Below are positions 49,742-62,265 of a stretch of 64,000 bases of DNA, one piece after another (position 1 is the stretch's first letter; the number at the start of each line of letters is the position of its first letter). Origin of the DNA: Phoronis australis (Eukaryota > Animalia > Phoronida). The stretch spans positions 293,143 to 357,142 of the forward strand of contig NMRA01000156.1 in the NCBI GenBank assembly GCA_002633005.1, in the 5' to 3' direction. The position numbers and the translations under genes were made by a program. The notes below the pieces were generated by a model. The model made no database searches. It was not told the origin of the DNA and worked only from the letters and a program-made list of their open reading frames with translations.

Positions 49742-52700
49742 CCCGGCACATATTCGCAACCAGCGATTGTAAAGTACCGGCGCATGCACGCGACACTACG
49801 GTAATTTTGGTTTTGTCAATCTTACCGGATGTTGAAACAATATTTAAACAACGAAATTTCGTCTTACAGCTTGTTTTAAATAACTTACTCTTGTATAGGG
49901 CCACCGCCCGAAAGCGACCGAAGAACAATGTCTCTTATGATTAATACAGGGGCACTCACTTTTGAGTCCCGAAATTGAATTTCTTGCCTATATCATTTTT
50001 ATGAACTCGCATATACACATAGGATCCATGGGTGCACATTGCAGCCATCTCTCTCTTTCTGGACCTCTTGTAGGATCGTACTAAGATTTGGCGGATGTGT
50101 TCCTATGAAACTGACGAGTATCTCCTAAGCTCATGGGCGGCGCTGCACTGAAAAAAGTGGGGGCTCTAGCCCCCCCCCCAGCCCCCTATGGTGCGCCGCA
50201 CTCCTACCGATCTTTTGGAAATTTGACTTTTTCACGTTTGGCTCTCTGTCTTTGAAGTTACTTGACCGATTTTCATGAAGTAGGAAAATAGTTTCTATTT
50301 GAGAGACAATACCTTCCTATTTTTGGACGGGTTCGACGAATTCTGCGCCATCTGATGGCTGCTTTTATGATACTTGTCAACGCTATACGTTGCTCTTGTA
50401 ATATGATTGAAATTCAATTCAAATGATAAGCTGTTGGTTTCTTTGCCTTTCACTCCGACGAAAAATTGTTTGCACTTCGAAATCTAATGTTGCGATGCAC
50501 TAGCAGTGAGAAACTTTCGCTTATAAATTCTATCCCAAATCACTCAAAATTCCTACCTCACCGACCAATCCTTTTTGGTGGCCGTCATTTTGCAAGGGTA
50601 CGGTACTATGGTCCTGAACATAAAACCGAAACACTTGCCGTCCATTCGCATGATATTGTGCTGTTCTGGCTTTTTCGTTTCGTTCTTGCGTCTACGAACA
50701 CACCTCTGGTTTTACCGTATATTTTATCGGAATAAATGTGCAATATTATTGAGCTAATATTGATTTTTTGGCGGTATAACAAAATGCAGTAAAAAGTGAT
50801 TTTGCAACAACCAGTTTTCTGTGACAGGGAATGTTATCGTTCAAACGAATGCTTAGTTTCTAATTATGACGTTTTGTAAACAAATTTCTAAACTCACGCG
50901 CAACAACAAAGAGAACACTCTCGTATTTTTGATGAAGTTCCCAAACGGAAAATTACTTATTATGTTGATAGTTATAAGTTCATTAAGAACAATTTTGCTG
51001 TTCTTGTTATGTCCTGAACGTTGACAACAGGGGGAGAACACTGGTATCGAACGGAATAATTTCTGACCCGTTGCAACCCTAGTCTTTTCATGGCATATTT
51101 TATATCGGCGCCGTGATGTTCGCCGACACGGAACAGTACCAAAAAGCGAAAAGATCGTCAATCGTAACCATGAACGTTTGGAGCTGTTAAACTCTTGCGA
51201 ACAACTACAAGCGTAGGATTCGGGTTCGCCCTAATAAGGACAAGTGAAAAATGAACATGTTTTGTTTTCAGGAACTCATCAAGAATTTGGGGCACTTTTT
51301 GTTTGATGACGTTTCCGAAATTGGTGTTAAAATCACACCCTTACGACGAAGTCTGCCTCGGCTGAAATATTGTTATACGGGATACTCTAATTAGCTCCCT
51401 ATCCCAAGTTCTTGGTAACAGAAATCTCAGGCCCCCTTTTCCGTTTAAACTTCGCCAATTTACCAAGAACTTGGGATAGAGCGCTAAAGAATAAGCCGCG
51501 CAAACTGTGCTATCGATCACATGATGAGTCACGTGACACCTCAGTGGCCTGCCGAAGTCTTCGAGATGAGGACGCAACGTAGCTAACTCAATCCGTAAGT
51601 TCAGTAATTGATTTATCTTTTCATATTATTTACTCAACTGAATGACTCAAAATATTCATCACACATCTTGTCCTTTTTAGGGATAGTGAAAATCGATGAA
51701 GACGCATGATCCCAAACTCCAGACTCTAAAATACGAGTCCAACTATATAATAGTGAGTCCAGAACTGAGAAAGCGTCACGCAGGCGATCGTCTCAGTATG
51801 CTGACACTTTGGACAGATTCTACCTCTTGACTCGTATCTAAAATGAACACCTAGCTGCTTGAAAACCTTACAAAATGTCGTCTGTACATATCGAATATCT
51901 ACGTATCACGTGCGGGCGGCGCTGCACGGCCGGGGAGACCGTTCTCCAATGCCTTGTGGATATGAAAAAGGTCAATGAATGATCTTACTGCCCTGTAAAC
52001 TACTGCTTAAAGTATCGCCAACTCGGCAATGTCTTAGGATAGCCACAATAGAACTTAGATATGCGACGATCACTTTTCAGGCATGCAAGTTCTGTCACAT
52101 ACAGACACTTTGGCAATTTATTGGTTCCAGATATTCCATACACACATGTCAAGCTACAATGAGATTTGTGTATCAGATCGATTCAAGTCACTAACGGATT
52201 TTTATGCTCTTTATGTAATAGAGAGCTTCAAGTACACGTTAAACACAAACGCGAACGTGCGAGGAAGCAAAGGTCACGGGTTATCCCAGGTTTAAAAATT
52301 GTAAGCTGTCATTTTTGACACCAAAAGTGATTTTGGACAAAATGAAGAAAAAAGCTTTGTGTTCAATTCACAGAGTCTCAGTTATTCTTGTTTGCTTCCA
52401 TAATTACTAATCAAAGCATTATTCTAATTTCCCTTTTAACAAATGGAGATGCTTTGGCACGAAACTTGTATAAACTTTTTCTGTGTCACCCATCAACACC
52501 AGATAATTGTAGCTTTTCTGAGAAAAATCAGCAACGCGACGAGGGTCTCATAGCAAAGGTCATATTTCAAACATTCAACCGAGTAAGACACATGCACTAA
52601 GGTACGCCATCTCCTGGGTGGTTAAACGTTCTAAAAACATTAAAAAGTTGCACATATTTAACGACCTCTTACAATAAATCGGAAATTAAAACTCACGCGC

Positions 52701-55476
52701 GCACTTGCGCGAAATAATGCGCGCACCCAGGCGGGGAAGGACTCGGGGGCTCGAAGGAGCCCCCCGTTTGGCGAAATGGGTAAAAAGATCCGCCTTAGAG
52801 AAACAAAAAAACGAGAAAACTAGACAAAAGCCTAATAAAAAGGCGCAGACGCACAGTTCACAGACATGAAGGTGGTACCTTGTTTGTTAAGTCCTCCCGC
52901 TTTTTTGTTAGCAGAAGGTCCACTTAGTTAGAGATTCGAGCCCCCCATATTAAAGGCTGGGTGCGCGCATGGAAATTGGCAGTCTCCAATCGTGGGCTGT
53001 TCGGGGGAAAGTGTCGCCCGTAATTACGCTTGTAACATTGTGATGTAGTAAGCAAAGAATGCCGACCTCGCGCGTTCGACATGCAACGGAAGCTCTATAT
53101 ACTGTTTCAAGTGTAACGTTAATCGAAGCACGCTCTTGTACACGGTGTGGGGACCTGTACTACGTGTTTGGACTGGTCATGAGGAGCACGGCGTCATGAG
53201 CAATTTGATATTCGAAATTTTTTTTTTTAAATGTACAAATCGATCCTATATGTAATTAAAACAGTTCTGCCCAACAGCTTAAGAGTCGTGTCAAACGGAC
53301 GGCCCAGTGCCACTCAGTAGCGGTGGTGCTGTGAAAAAAAATCAGGAATATAAAATGATGCATTATGTCGTTGATTTAATACATTTCATACTGTACGTAA
53401 TATCTTATGAAGACGCGCATGTGCTGCAAAAGTTTCAGCTAAAAGTGTGCTTGATTAACAAAGATACGGAAAACATAAACTAGGTAGTCACACAAATGGC
53501 TGTACGGACTCACCTGAGCCAACTGTACGGACTCGTCATGAGTAGATTTTGAAAACTGTACAAACTCGTCAGTTACCTGGTTAAAAACTAGTCAAATTTT
53601 AACCAGAATAAAACGTTTAACTTAATAATGACCAATAGTTCTCGAGGAGTATAGTCGGATACCTTACTTGAGAAAGATTGGATGTATTTTCAAATGGTGT
53701 ATTGAAGTGAGAACACAGATAAGAAGTGTTAGGCCATTGTCATTAACCATAATTTTGAACAGAGTAAAATCGATGTAAAAACATTTTACGTTTTTTCAGA
53801 TCAACCAAATTCAAGTGTTGTTACTTTTGTGTTGGCACAGATCATTTTGCTGAAGTAACTGGCCACGGCATCGCTGATCACGGCGATGAAGCACTAAGGA
53901 TTAGGTATCTAACATTGCATGAAGACATTCGGTTTGGAATGTTTAAGAGTAAAAAATATGGGTGCATGCCCAATACTGCTTTGGAGGATCACTGCGAAAC
54001 CAGGTCAAGCAAAAGACATCTATGCGAGAGTTTGATAACAACAGTCCATTTATGAAGAAGTCAAAGGCAGGGCGAGAAGGCTAAGACGAAGAATTCACCG
54101 AGCGAAAAGACATTTAAAGAGATACAGAGACAGATGTAGCACGAGAAAACAGTGTAATAAAAGAAATAAGTGATTTCACAACACGCGTGATCGATGCTTT
54201 GAAAACAATAGGGTCAAATCTAACAGGATGATAGCAGATGGCACGTTCCCTTAGACAATATAGCGTTCTTACTGTTTTCTTAACGGTGTGGCAGAATTGT
54301 TGCTCTCCATAACACTGTAACATTGAGGTACTCGCACGACACTGAAAAGGTTTGGCGGATTGGATACAAACTTTTCCACGGGAAAATTTAGAGATTCATG
54401 TGAGGGTTCATGCATATAGGAATGAAATCTGGCGGAGATTCATTAGAATCGAAAATAAACGTTTTTGCCGAGCCAAACGTTAAGCAAATGCCTACGTCAA
54501 AGGTGGCTAAGTCTATAACTACTGGAATTGATATCGCTCCCAAAGTCAGTACGCGTTAGTTAAGCGTTCACGGCAATAAAACAAAAGTCGGAAAACTAAA
54601 ACTGGTGGAGACATTGACCTGTTCGGCTACGAAGATGAACCAAATTTGAAAGGCGGACAACAAAGACTTGAACAGGAAAATGAGAAAGTAGAGGAACGGA
54701 GAAATTTGTAGCAACTGCAGTCCATTAGGGGCAAAAAAAATCAAATCCACCATTCTGCGCTTGAAGTTGAAAGAATGTATACACAAAATGTGTGGCATTT
54801 TGTCACTAAGATTGAAAGAGTTAGTCCCACTAAGAAAGCATGTGAACTCATGCGCGAACCCAGCCTAAAAATAGGGGTTCGAATTTTTAGGAATGTGAAC
54901 CTTTTACTACAAAAACGGGGCGCGCATGGAAGTGGCACTGGAGAAATTCAAGGAGATTGGCGGTCCTACATGCCAAATGTGGAAATTGGTGTAACGAGTC
55001 ATTCTCGCGCCAAACCTTGCGGTCTCTTGTATATGAATTTTATATATTTCCCCAGTTCGAAGTCGTTGCAACATACTGCTAATCTTTGAAGTTTAATGCT
55101 GGACAATTTAGGTGGTTTACGTCGTAGAAACCGGCAAATCTCTGTTATTTCTGGGAGATGTAGTCTGTGCAGTAAGTCGGACAGTAAGTTTTTGACTGGG
55201 AATCCGATAGCAGAGTCATTTGACATTATTTATCAAGATACCGGTTTATATGTATAGGAATGGGTTACTTGCTGCAGGTATTGATGCATAATCAGACGAC
55301 AACAATAAGTTGAAAACACCACGGGCTCGAAACCGTACAGTTGCTCATGAGGGGTTCGGACAGTCACGCAATACTCGAGTATGACAAGTCCGTACAAATA
55401 TTTTGAGAGAAAGTATTATAAAATGCTGCATAACATTACAAATATCAACTATACTTCTCATGCGCTTTGTCTATGG

Positions 55477-55809
55477 TTACTTCAAAAACGCACTTCTCGG
55501 TAGTAGCGACGGAGCACTGCTGGGAATCAACAACGACAGTATGGCAGCCTTACTCAGGCGTTGTTTTGCAGTAACCTTCATAAATTCCTCGTACATATCT
55601 CTTTCGTAATCCAACGGCAGAAAATGCTTGCTATACACTCGATAAATCTCCACTGCTTTGTATGTTGCGTGGACGGTAACGCTGCGTTTTTCACACGAAC
55701 GAGCCAAGTGCGGCGGAGTGTGTCATCTTTCGGAAAGCGGTGTAATGGCATACTCAAAGTGCGCGAGACGATAATGAGTACACCCCGGCACGCAGCAACC
55801 ATGCGGCAC
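55477..55809 (-). pseudogene. Frameshifted THAP zinc-finger domain (probable DNA-transposon relic)
   Basis: Three frames join to PHGCCVPGCT / LHRFPKDDTLRRTWLVRV / YRVYSKHFLPLDYERD, matching THAP consensus CxVxGC...FP.....R..W....CS.HF; the last Cys has mutated to Tyr. Confidence 0.8.
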
Positions 55810-56176
55810 ATAGACTGACGCGTAAACAAACGCAAACGACAACCGAACTTACCACAAGCGAAGTAAAACACTGACTGACTCGACAGGTCACACAGTCGGA
55901 CTATATAAAAACAAAATGGCGGGAAATTCTCAACCCCCTAAACGTCACTCCCGGTGTAAGGCACGACTAATTAATAAAATTACGGAAGCCGTTCTTAACT
56001 GAAAAAGTATGTCTGGGATAATCAAGGAATCGTATTTCTACAAAAAATGACATGAAAAAGGTTGCATTCTCATTTAAGCACGCCTTGTCGGGGATTTTGT
56101 TTGGCATTTTTGCTCATGACCACGCCGTACTCCAAACACGTAGTACAGGTCCCTACACCGTGTTGTATCAAGGACC

Positions 56177-56941
56177 TTATTTATCGATCTTAGGCATTAT
56201 CGCCAACCAGTTCTTGGCTTCGGGACGGCTATTCGGCGCGTCCTCCCAACAAAGTTTCAAAACGCTTAACCACTTGTCTGCACTTGGCGATGAGCAATGA
56301 TCGCGTTGGTCGTAAAACATGGACGTATCAGGTCTGCTGTTCTTCATGTAGTCCGCAAACCTATCGAAAATTGTTCTCCGGCCGTTGAAGTTTTCAGGGG
56401 AGCATTGCGAAGCCAGATCGTTTTTCTTAGACTCGTTGTGTTCGCTGTCACTAGCTTCATCGCTGCTATCTTCTTCGTCCACCTCAGGAGACTCACCGCA
56501 AGTACGACTAGGTGTGGGCGCGGTTTTCTGTGACGAAAACAGACTCGAAACGTAATACTTGAGCTCCCCTATGGGAGTGCTTTGGCGTCTGTCCCGAGTG
56601 ATTGGTTTGTCACTACACGTTGGAGACAAACCACGGCCATTGGTGTTGACAGGCGAAGATGGCAAAGTCGCCGTGCCTGCATTCTCGTTAGGACTTTGAC
56701 TCCTGAAGTGCTTTTCTAACTCGTGTTTATACTTCCTACCGCCACACCAAGCTTCCCACATCATTAGGCCAACGGCATACATATCCGCGTAGGGCGTGTA
56801 AGCGGCTTGTGGAGAACAGATCACTTCCGGCGCCAGGTGGCAGTACAGTAGGAAGTACTCGAGACTTTTGTTCTCTCTGTCCAAATCTACCATTCGTCTG
56901 TTGCTGATGTTGGTTAGTTTAACGTTATTCTCAAAATCAAC
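56177..56941 (-). CDS. Kinase-fold (pseudokinase) gene, last exon: subdomains VII-XI with a long insert
   Basis: Acceptor TTCTTTCAG|, phase 0; VKLTNIS, HLAPEV, ADMYAVGLMMWE, LKLCWEDAPNSRP; TAA stop. Confidence 0.9.
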   Translation of the reverse strand, partial: VDFENNVKLTNISNRRMVDLDRENKSLEYFLLYCHLAPEVICSPQAAYTPYADMYAVGLMMWEAWCGGRKYKHELEKHFRSQSPNENAGTATLPSSPVNTNGRGLSPTCSDKPITRDRRQSTPIGELKYYVSSLFSSQKTAPTPSRTCGESPEVDEEDSSDEASDSEHNESKKNDLASQCSPENFNGRRTIFDRFADYMKNSRPDTSMFYDQRDHCSSPSADKWLSVLKLCWEDAPNSRPEAKNWLAIMPKIDK

Positions 56942-57999
56942 CTGAAAGAACCTTTTGCGTATTACCAATAGGTCTAAGTATCAACTTGACAAACACATTT
57001 GTACCACGGTGCATTCCGTGGAGCAAGTTTCTGGCAAGTTTGTTGAGATCACGCGTATGACCAGGCGTAACTAAAAAGCGACTGTTTTGCGACTAATCTT
57101 GGGAGCTTACTAGCGCCCAATAGCAAAACAGACGCCACTGACGTGATCGCTCAGTGAGGCTGAAACGTTGTATTACAGATGGAAATTCGCGACATTTCTT
57201 CTATAAGCGAAGACTTGTCGTCGTAAACGTCCCCCTGTTAGTGTGTTGCAGCACCGGAAGATTTTGTGCAAGTGCCTGAATTAGTGTCTCTAGCAGATAA
57301 GTAACGTGTACCCTATTGCCAGGCATGCTTGGTATGGTTGAAAACACGTGGGCCTAATTTTTGTACTGATATCAAACGACGTTACATGAGTGAAAATGAA
57401 ACCAAGCTTACCAAGCGCGCCCTACGGATGTAACTGAAGTGTCCAATAAAGCAGTGCATAATGCAAATGTTTTTCCCCAAGAAACGAGTCAATTCACATA
57501 ACCCGTTGGTAATGAGTAGTTGAATTTCTGTATTTTCGACAAAAATTCCAGATTTGGTCAGCGTCAATTTTCAACCCAGTATCCTCTTGCTGATTACTTC
57601 ATATAATCGTCACGCTCCGTAATGCTATACACTCGCGGGATACTTGTTGTAGTGAAAACCGGAAGTTCCGGGTCACTGTATTCGGGGTTAAAGGCCTCGT
57701 TTTGGTATTATGCGCCAATTGACGTGTGAAGTTTTCAGAGCTCTACGAAGTCAATTGGTACTGAGATCTCGACAAAGAAAGACTACCTACCTGAACCGAG
57801 AAGTAAACATGCAGGCGAGCACCCGACACTCTAGTGCAAAGCTAGCTAAGAGTTCACAACACCTTCAGGCGTATTAGTATCTTACTTAATTTTTTGGCCC
57901 CCTATGGTGCGCCGCCAGTGTGATATTAAGCCAGAGTTGATGAGACATATACGTAAATTTGCACAGGGTATTAAGACTGAACCTCAGGAAGTTTTTACT

Positions 58000-59140
58000 C
58001 CATACACCGATAGATTTGGCCTCCCCGCAAGGGTGAATAGTTCAGTTGTTGATCCAGGATCATAAAAGGCTAGACCCTCACGAATATCTGAAGCGATGGC
58101 TGGTAGCCCTAATAATCCTCATTATGCAGTTAATCCGTTGACACTGTTTCGGTTGCCTAGGACTAGTTCTGGCTGGAGAGACCCACCAAAGACTTTGTCT
58201 TATAATGGTAAGGCAAGTTGGTCTGCTTTTATTACAAAGTTTGAGATATTCCTCTGACAACATCATGTGGCTGCTGACAATCAAGTTGATTTACCTCTGC
58301 TTTACATGCACGAGAAGGCTGAGGAATACTTGTCATCATTGATTAAGAGTAGCACGGCCATGACATTTGATGATGCTAAGTCTTGTCTAAAACGTAGGTT
58401 TGGAAAATTCTTTTAGCCCGAGGCACATAAATTGGAATTCCGACGTGCTAGACAAGAGCCCCAAAGAATCCGACTTCAAATGGGCCGATAGGATTCTGGA
58501 CTTGGCAACTAGAGCCTTTGCAGATGTAGGAGGGGGTTATGCCCATGTTCAGGCTGTCACAATATTCTGTAATGGGTTGAGGGACGAGGATTTGACGTTC
58601 TCTTTGTCGAATCCTCCACCTTTATCAATGGACGAGGCCGTTCAGATAGCATATTGACTGCGACATAGTAAATGTGCTGTTTTTGGATCTCTTCAGGGTA
58701 ATTTTGCAGTACGTCAGGTTCAAGAGACTAGTCAACCTTCAAAGACAAAGGTTGGTAAGTCAGTTTCAGACCAGAAGGGTTACACTTCTCCTGAACAGCG
58801 TCATAGAAGTAAAGGAAAGATCAGATGTTTCCGTTGTAATAAAAAGAGTGCAAACAAACTGGTTCAGGGAAACATCGCAACTTTTTCTATTGTAAAAGTA
58901 GAGGTCATTTGTCAGACAATTGTCTTAATATGACAGCAATTTGTGAAATTTGTCGGGTTTTGGACATACTGCTCCGGCGTGCTCGACTGTCTCCAATAAC
59001 TCTTCTGAGGGAGTGGCTTTAAACAGTCAAGGATCGGGGAGAGAGGTCAATCACCGATCCAGTTAGAGTTAGGAGTTGAGGCCTCTATCGAAATTCCTGT
59101 TGAGAAATCGTCTGATAGAGATAAGGAAAATTGTGAGTAA
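58000..59140 (+). mobile_element. Decayed LTR-retrotransposon gag (capsid and zinc knuckle) with gag-pol junction, intronic and antisense to the host gene
   Basis: YNGKASWSAFITKFE, LKRRFG, WADRILDLATRAF, FCNGLRD, PLSMDEAV, RCFRCNK and a frameshifted CEICRV/GHTAPAC knuckle; stops and frameshifts present. Confidence 0.75.
59018..59086 (+). promoter_or_regulatory. -1 programmed ribosomal frameshift signal
   Basis: T TTA AAC in the gag frame, 6-nt spacer, 7-bp stem GGATCGG/CCGATCC; gag frame stops at 59064-59066 while the -1 frame stays open to 59140. Confidence 0.7.
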
Positions 59141-59819
59141 TATGAAAGCAACAGTATAGTCGTCTGCTGACAGCTGACGATGCAGTGTTTTCTCGTGGAC
59201 TTGAAAACCACAAACGCTGCCAGAGATTGCTGCGATGTAAAACCAAAGGTGTAAAACAGCTTTTTATCTTTCAGCCATTTAAGCAAGAGCAATACCCTTG
59301 CGAATTCATGAATTGCGTCGACTACAGGAAGCGCAACGTACTTTCTTACTTTTCTTCTAAGGTGTCTATAATTTCTAAACTGGTAAATAAATAGAGCAAC
59401 ATGTTCCGTCAATAAATGGAAACCAGCAACAACGTCATCTTGATTGGTAGGGAACCACGATTCTATTGGCAACTACTAGATGTCGAGTTGACTTCATTAC
59501 TTGACCATTTATTTCGTGCAATAAAACTGCTAAGAAAGCGTGTTGTCGAATTCTGCGTTTCTCTAATTTATGCACACGTAGCTTGGAAAAGCAGCTTTTC
59601 ATGGCTCAAACGATTTACGTGAGTTTCTTGAGCCTTCGGATCAAGGTACCAAGCAAACACGAAAAGCCCTTACGTATGATGACGACAGACTAGGACTAGA
59701 CAAAAGTGCACTAGATAGTTGTTAGCCTATAAATATAAATCTTGAAAGAAACTACAAATTTCAAACTCCAAGTCTTTTAAGAATGTTTCTCCTACTTAAG
59801 TTATAATAAACGGTCTTAC

Positions 59820-60072
59820 CCCAACAGTGTCCAAGGAAAGGTCAAAGTGCACGAAGTGTCGCTGGTGTAAATATTCCAGACCTTCAACCACTTTAGCAAT
59901 CAAACTGTGTAGAAACCGAAACCTCACGTTGTCGGCCGTCATCGTCTTGTTATCGCGAGACTGTTGCACATGAACTCGAAGACTGTATTTGATTGGCTCA
60001 AGGACGTGGTACACGTTATCAATATCTTTAGTCACGTGGTAAAATTTGGCTATGGATTTGTGAGCCTTAAAC
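59820..60072 (-). CDS. Kinase-fold gene, penultimate exon (subdomains IV-VIb)
   Basis: Acceptor CTTTCAACAG|, phase 2, donor GGG|GTAAGA, phase 0; HKSIAKFY...VVEGLEYLHQRHFVHFDLSLDTV. Confidence 0.9.
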
Positions 60073-61472
60073 CTGTTGAAAGATGAGATGCAAGATCTTT
60101 TGATCACGTACTGTGAAATCTCTGTTGAGTTGTTCATTCCTAACTATGGCGAAAACCAAAACTTTTAAACCAACATTAAAAGATCCATGGGTGCCGGCAA
60201 CCTTCCATTGTTTGCCAGCCATCACTTATACCGGGAATTTCCGAAAGACCCTCCTACAACATAAAGCCCTATGAGGCACTTTCGGAAACTGTGGACTGAA
60301 AATGCTTCCATGGGTATTCTCTCGAAATCATTTTGGATTTCTGGAACGGGGTTAGGGTATCAGAAATATGACAAATTCTCATTATTTTCTCAATTTTGGT
60401 CTTTATAAGGTTCCTTAGAATATAAGTTTGTCCATGACTTGTCAAAGGACAAAGGCATCGCCGAACTACAATCGAGGTCGCGACACGCATAACAGAACAA
60501 ACCTGGTTCAGGCCTCCAGCGTGCAGTCGGCTTCGATAAAGACAAAAACACAGCCACGTTCCTGAAAGCATAGGCTCCTTATTTGGAAAGTCACGTGAGT
60601 TGACTAACGTGTTAGACGTCGTTACCTTCACATTGAAAAAGGCGCTGTAGAGAATACATGATATACCGTTTTTTGATATTTTGCTATCAGTCTGTAAACA
60701 ATTATTCTAATCATTAAACAAACAGAAGGTAAGTTTACTGCAGAGTGATGTTTGCATCAGTACTGCGCATTTTCGAATCCGTCAAAGGGCGGACATCAAT
60801 GTGGAATTAAAAGTAAAAGACAATTGCCAGGTGTGGAGAGGCATAGACACACCCGAGAGCTTGTGTATACGTAGAAGTGACCAATGTTGGGAGAGCCAAC
60901 CATCGTTGCTAAATTATTTGACGTCAGATTTATGACCAGTCACGAGCCAGAACAGACCGGAGCCGTTCAGTATCTTTAGACTACTTAGGCCTTCAATTGA
61001 GAGTGCGAACCAACTACGTCATCTGGACCCGGTGTCTATTCCTTGCACTCGAAATCCAACTCGAAATTATTTTTGACATTTTACTTCTCAATTTGCGAGC
61101 TCAAGATAAAAGTTTATTATTCCGTGCTCGGGCACACTGTGGTTTACGTGGATAACTGTCTACTCCTAGCTTGCACCTGATGACCCCATCATTAACGCTA
61201 TAAGTTCTGAACTCGGAATTTCGAACTTTTACGCGAGAAAATAGCTTGAATATAGAGGGGTCGTCAATGTTGAGCTTGAACTAGACACCAGTAAGTAAAA
61301 AACATACCATGAAGGCATACAAAAATACATCGATTTTGAATTTACACAATAATTTCGATCTCGACGCAGGGCTCTTATCTCTAGAACTAACGGAAACTCC
61401 GATGTTGCTACCGCGGGGGAGTTAGTGAGAAATGTAAGGGGATCGAGTAACTCCGGACTATCGCAACTTAAA

Positions 61473-61530
61473 TACTCTTATGTTGCTTTATGCGAAACTA
61501 TTTCGCTAATCGGAAAGCAACATAAGAGTA
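61473..61530. repeat. Perfect 17-bp inverted repeat with an inner hairpin
   Basis: TACTCTTATGTTGCTTT / AAAGCAACATAAGAGTA enclosing GCGAAA-cta-TTTCGC. Confidence 0.85.
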
Positions 61531-62265
61531 AACGTCATGCATTATACATTTAAAGTTTGATTTTTGATTTCAAAACTACCGTTTATTTTCATTTCATCAC
61601 TCACGGTAAATATTACTTCAAACAAACTCCCCCCTGGTCACGACATAATTCACCCCACTCGCCGTCCCACATGAAGCGTGATCGGTTTATTTCTTTTCTG
61701 GGCATTCTTTATTGCTTTCCATTGGATGCCGTGTTGTAGAACTTTTCTCTTTCGAATTTGTCGTAACATTTGCATGAACTCTTTTGGGGACCCTCCACCT
61801 AATACGCCATTGGCTATTGGTTTGAGGACGATTTTAAAACATAACTCGTACAATGACGCGTGTTTGAGCGGCACAACTGGTTGACCATTTTACAGATACA
61901 GGCGACACATGTACAATGGATTGTGGGAAGTGGCTCATTCGAAGCAGAAGAAATTGCGATCAAAAGACGTTCAACAAATCTTACGACACAGGGAGAGGGG
62001 GAGGGGGCAACTGCGCTGCGTTCCATAATGCAAACAAATTACGAGACACTTGCGGCGAGAAATCATTATCTTCGCTTATAAAACAGAAACCGCGGATGAA
62101 TTTTCTCGAATTATCCAATATTCCAACCTCGCCGTCGAATCGCTTCACTGGTGACCATTTTCCTAGTCGATAATAGTTTCGCTAGCGTGGCCTTGCGTGA
62201 CCTCGCTTTTCTCGTAAGAAACTTGCTTTACGGAACACACCCCAGGTTAATGCGGTGAAACATAC

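Noticed and set aside
50111-50140. CTGACGAG hammerhead-like start
   Set aside because: No stem II or GAAA follows.
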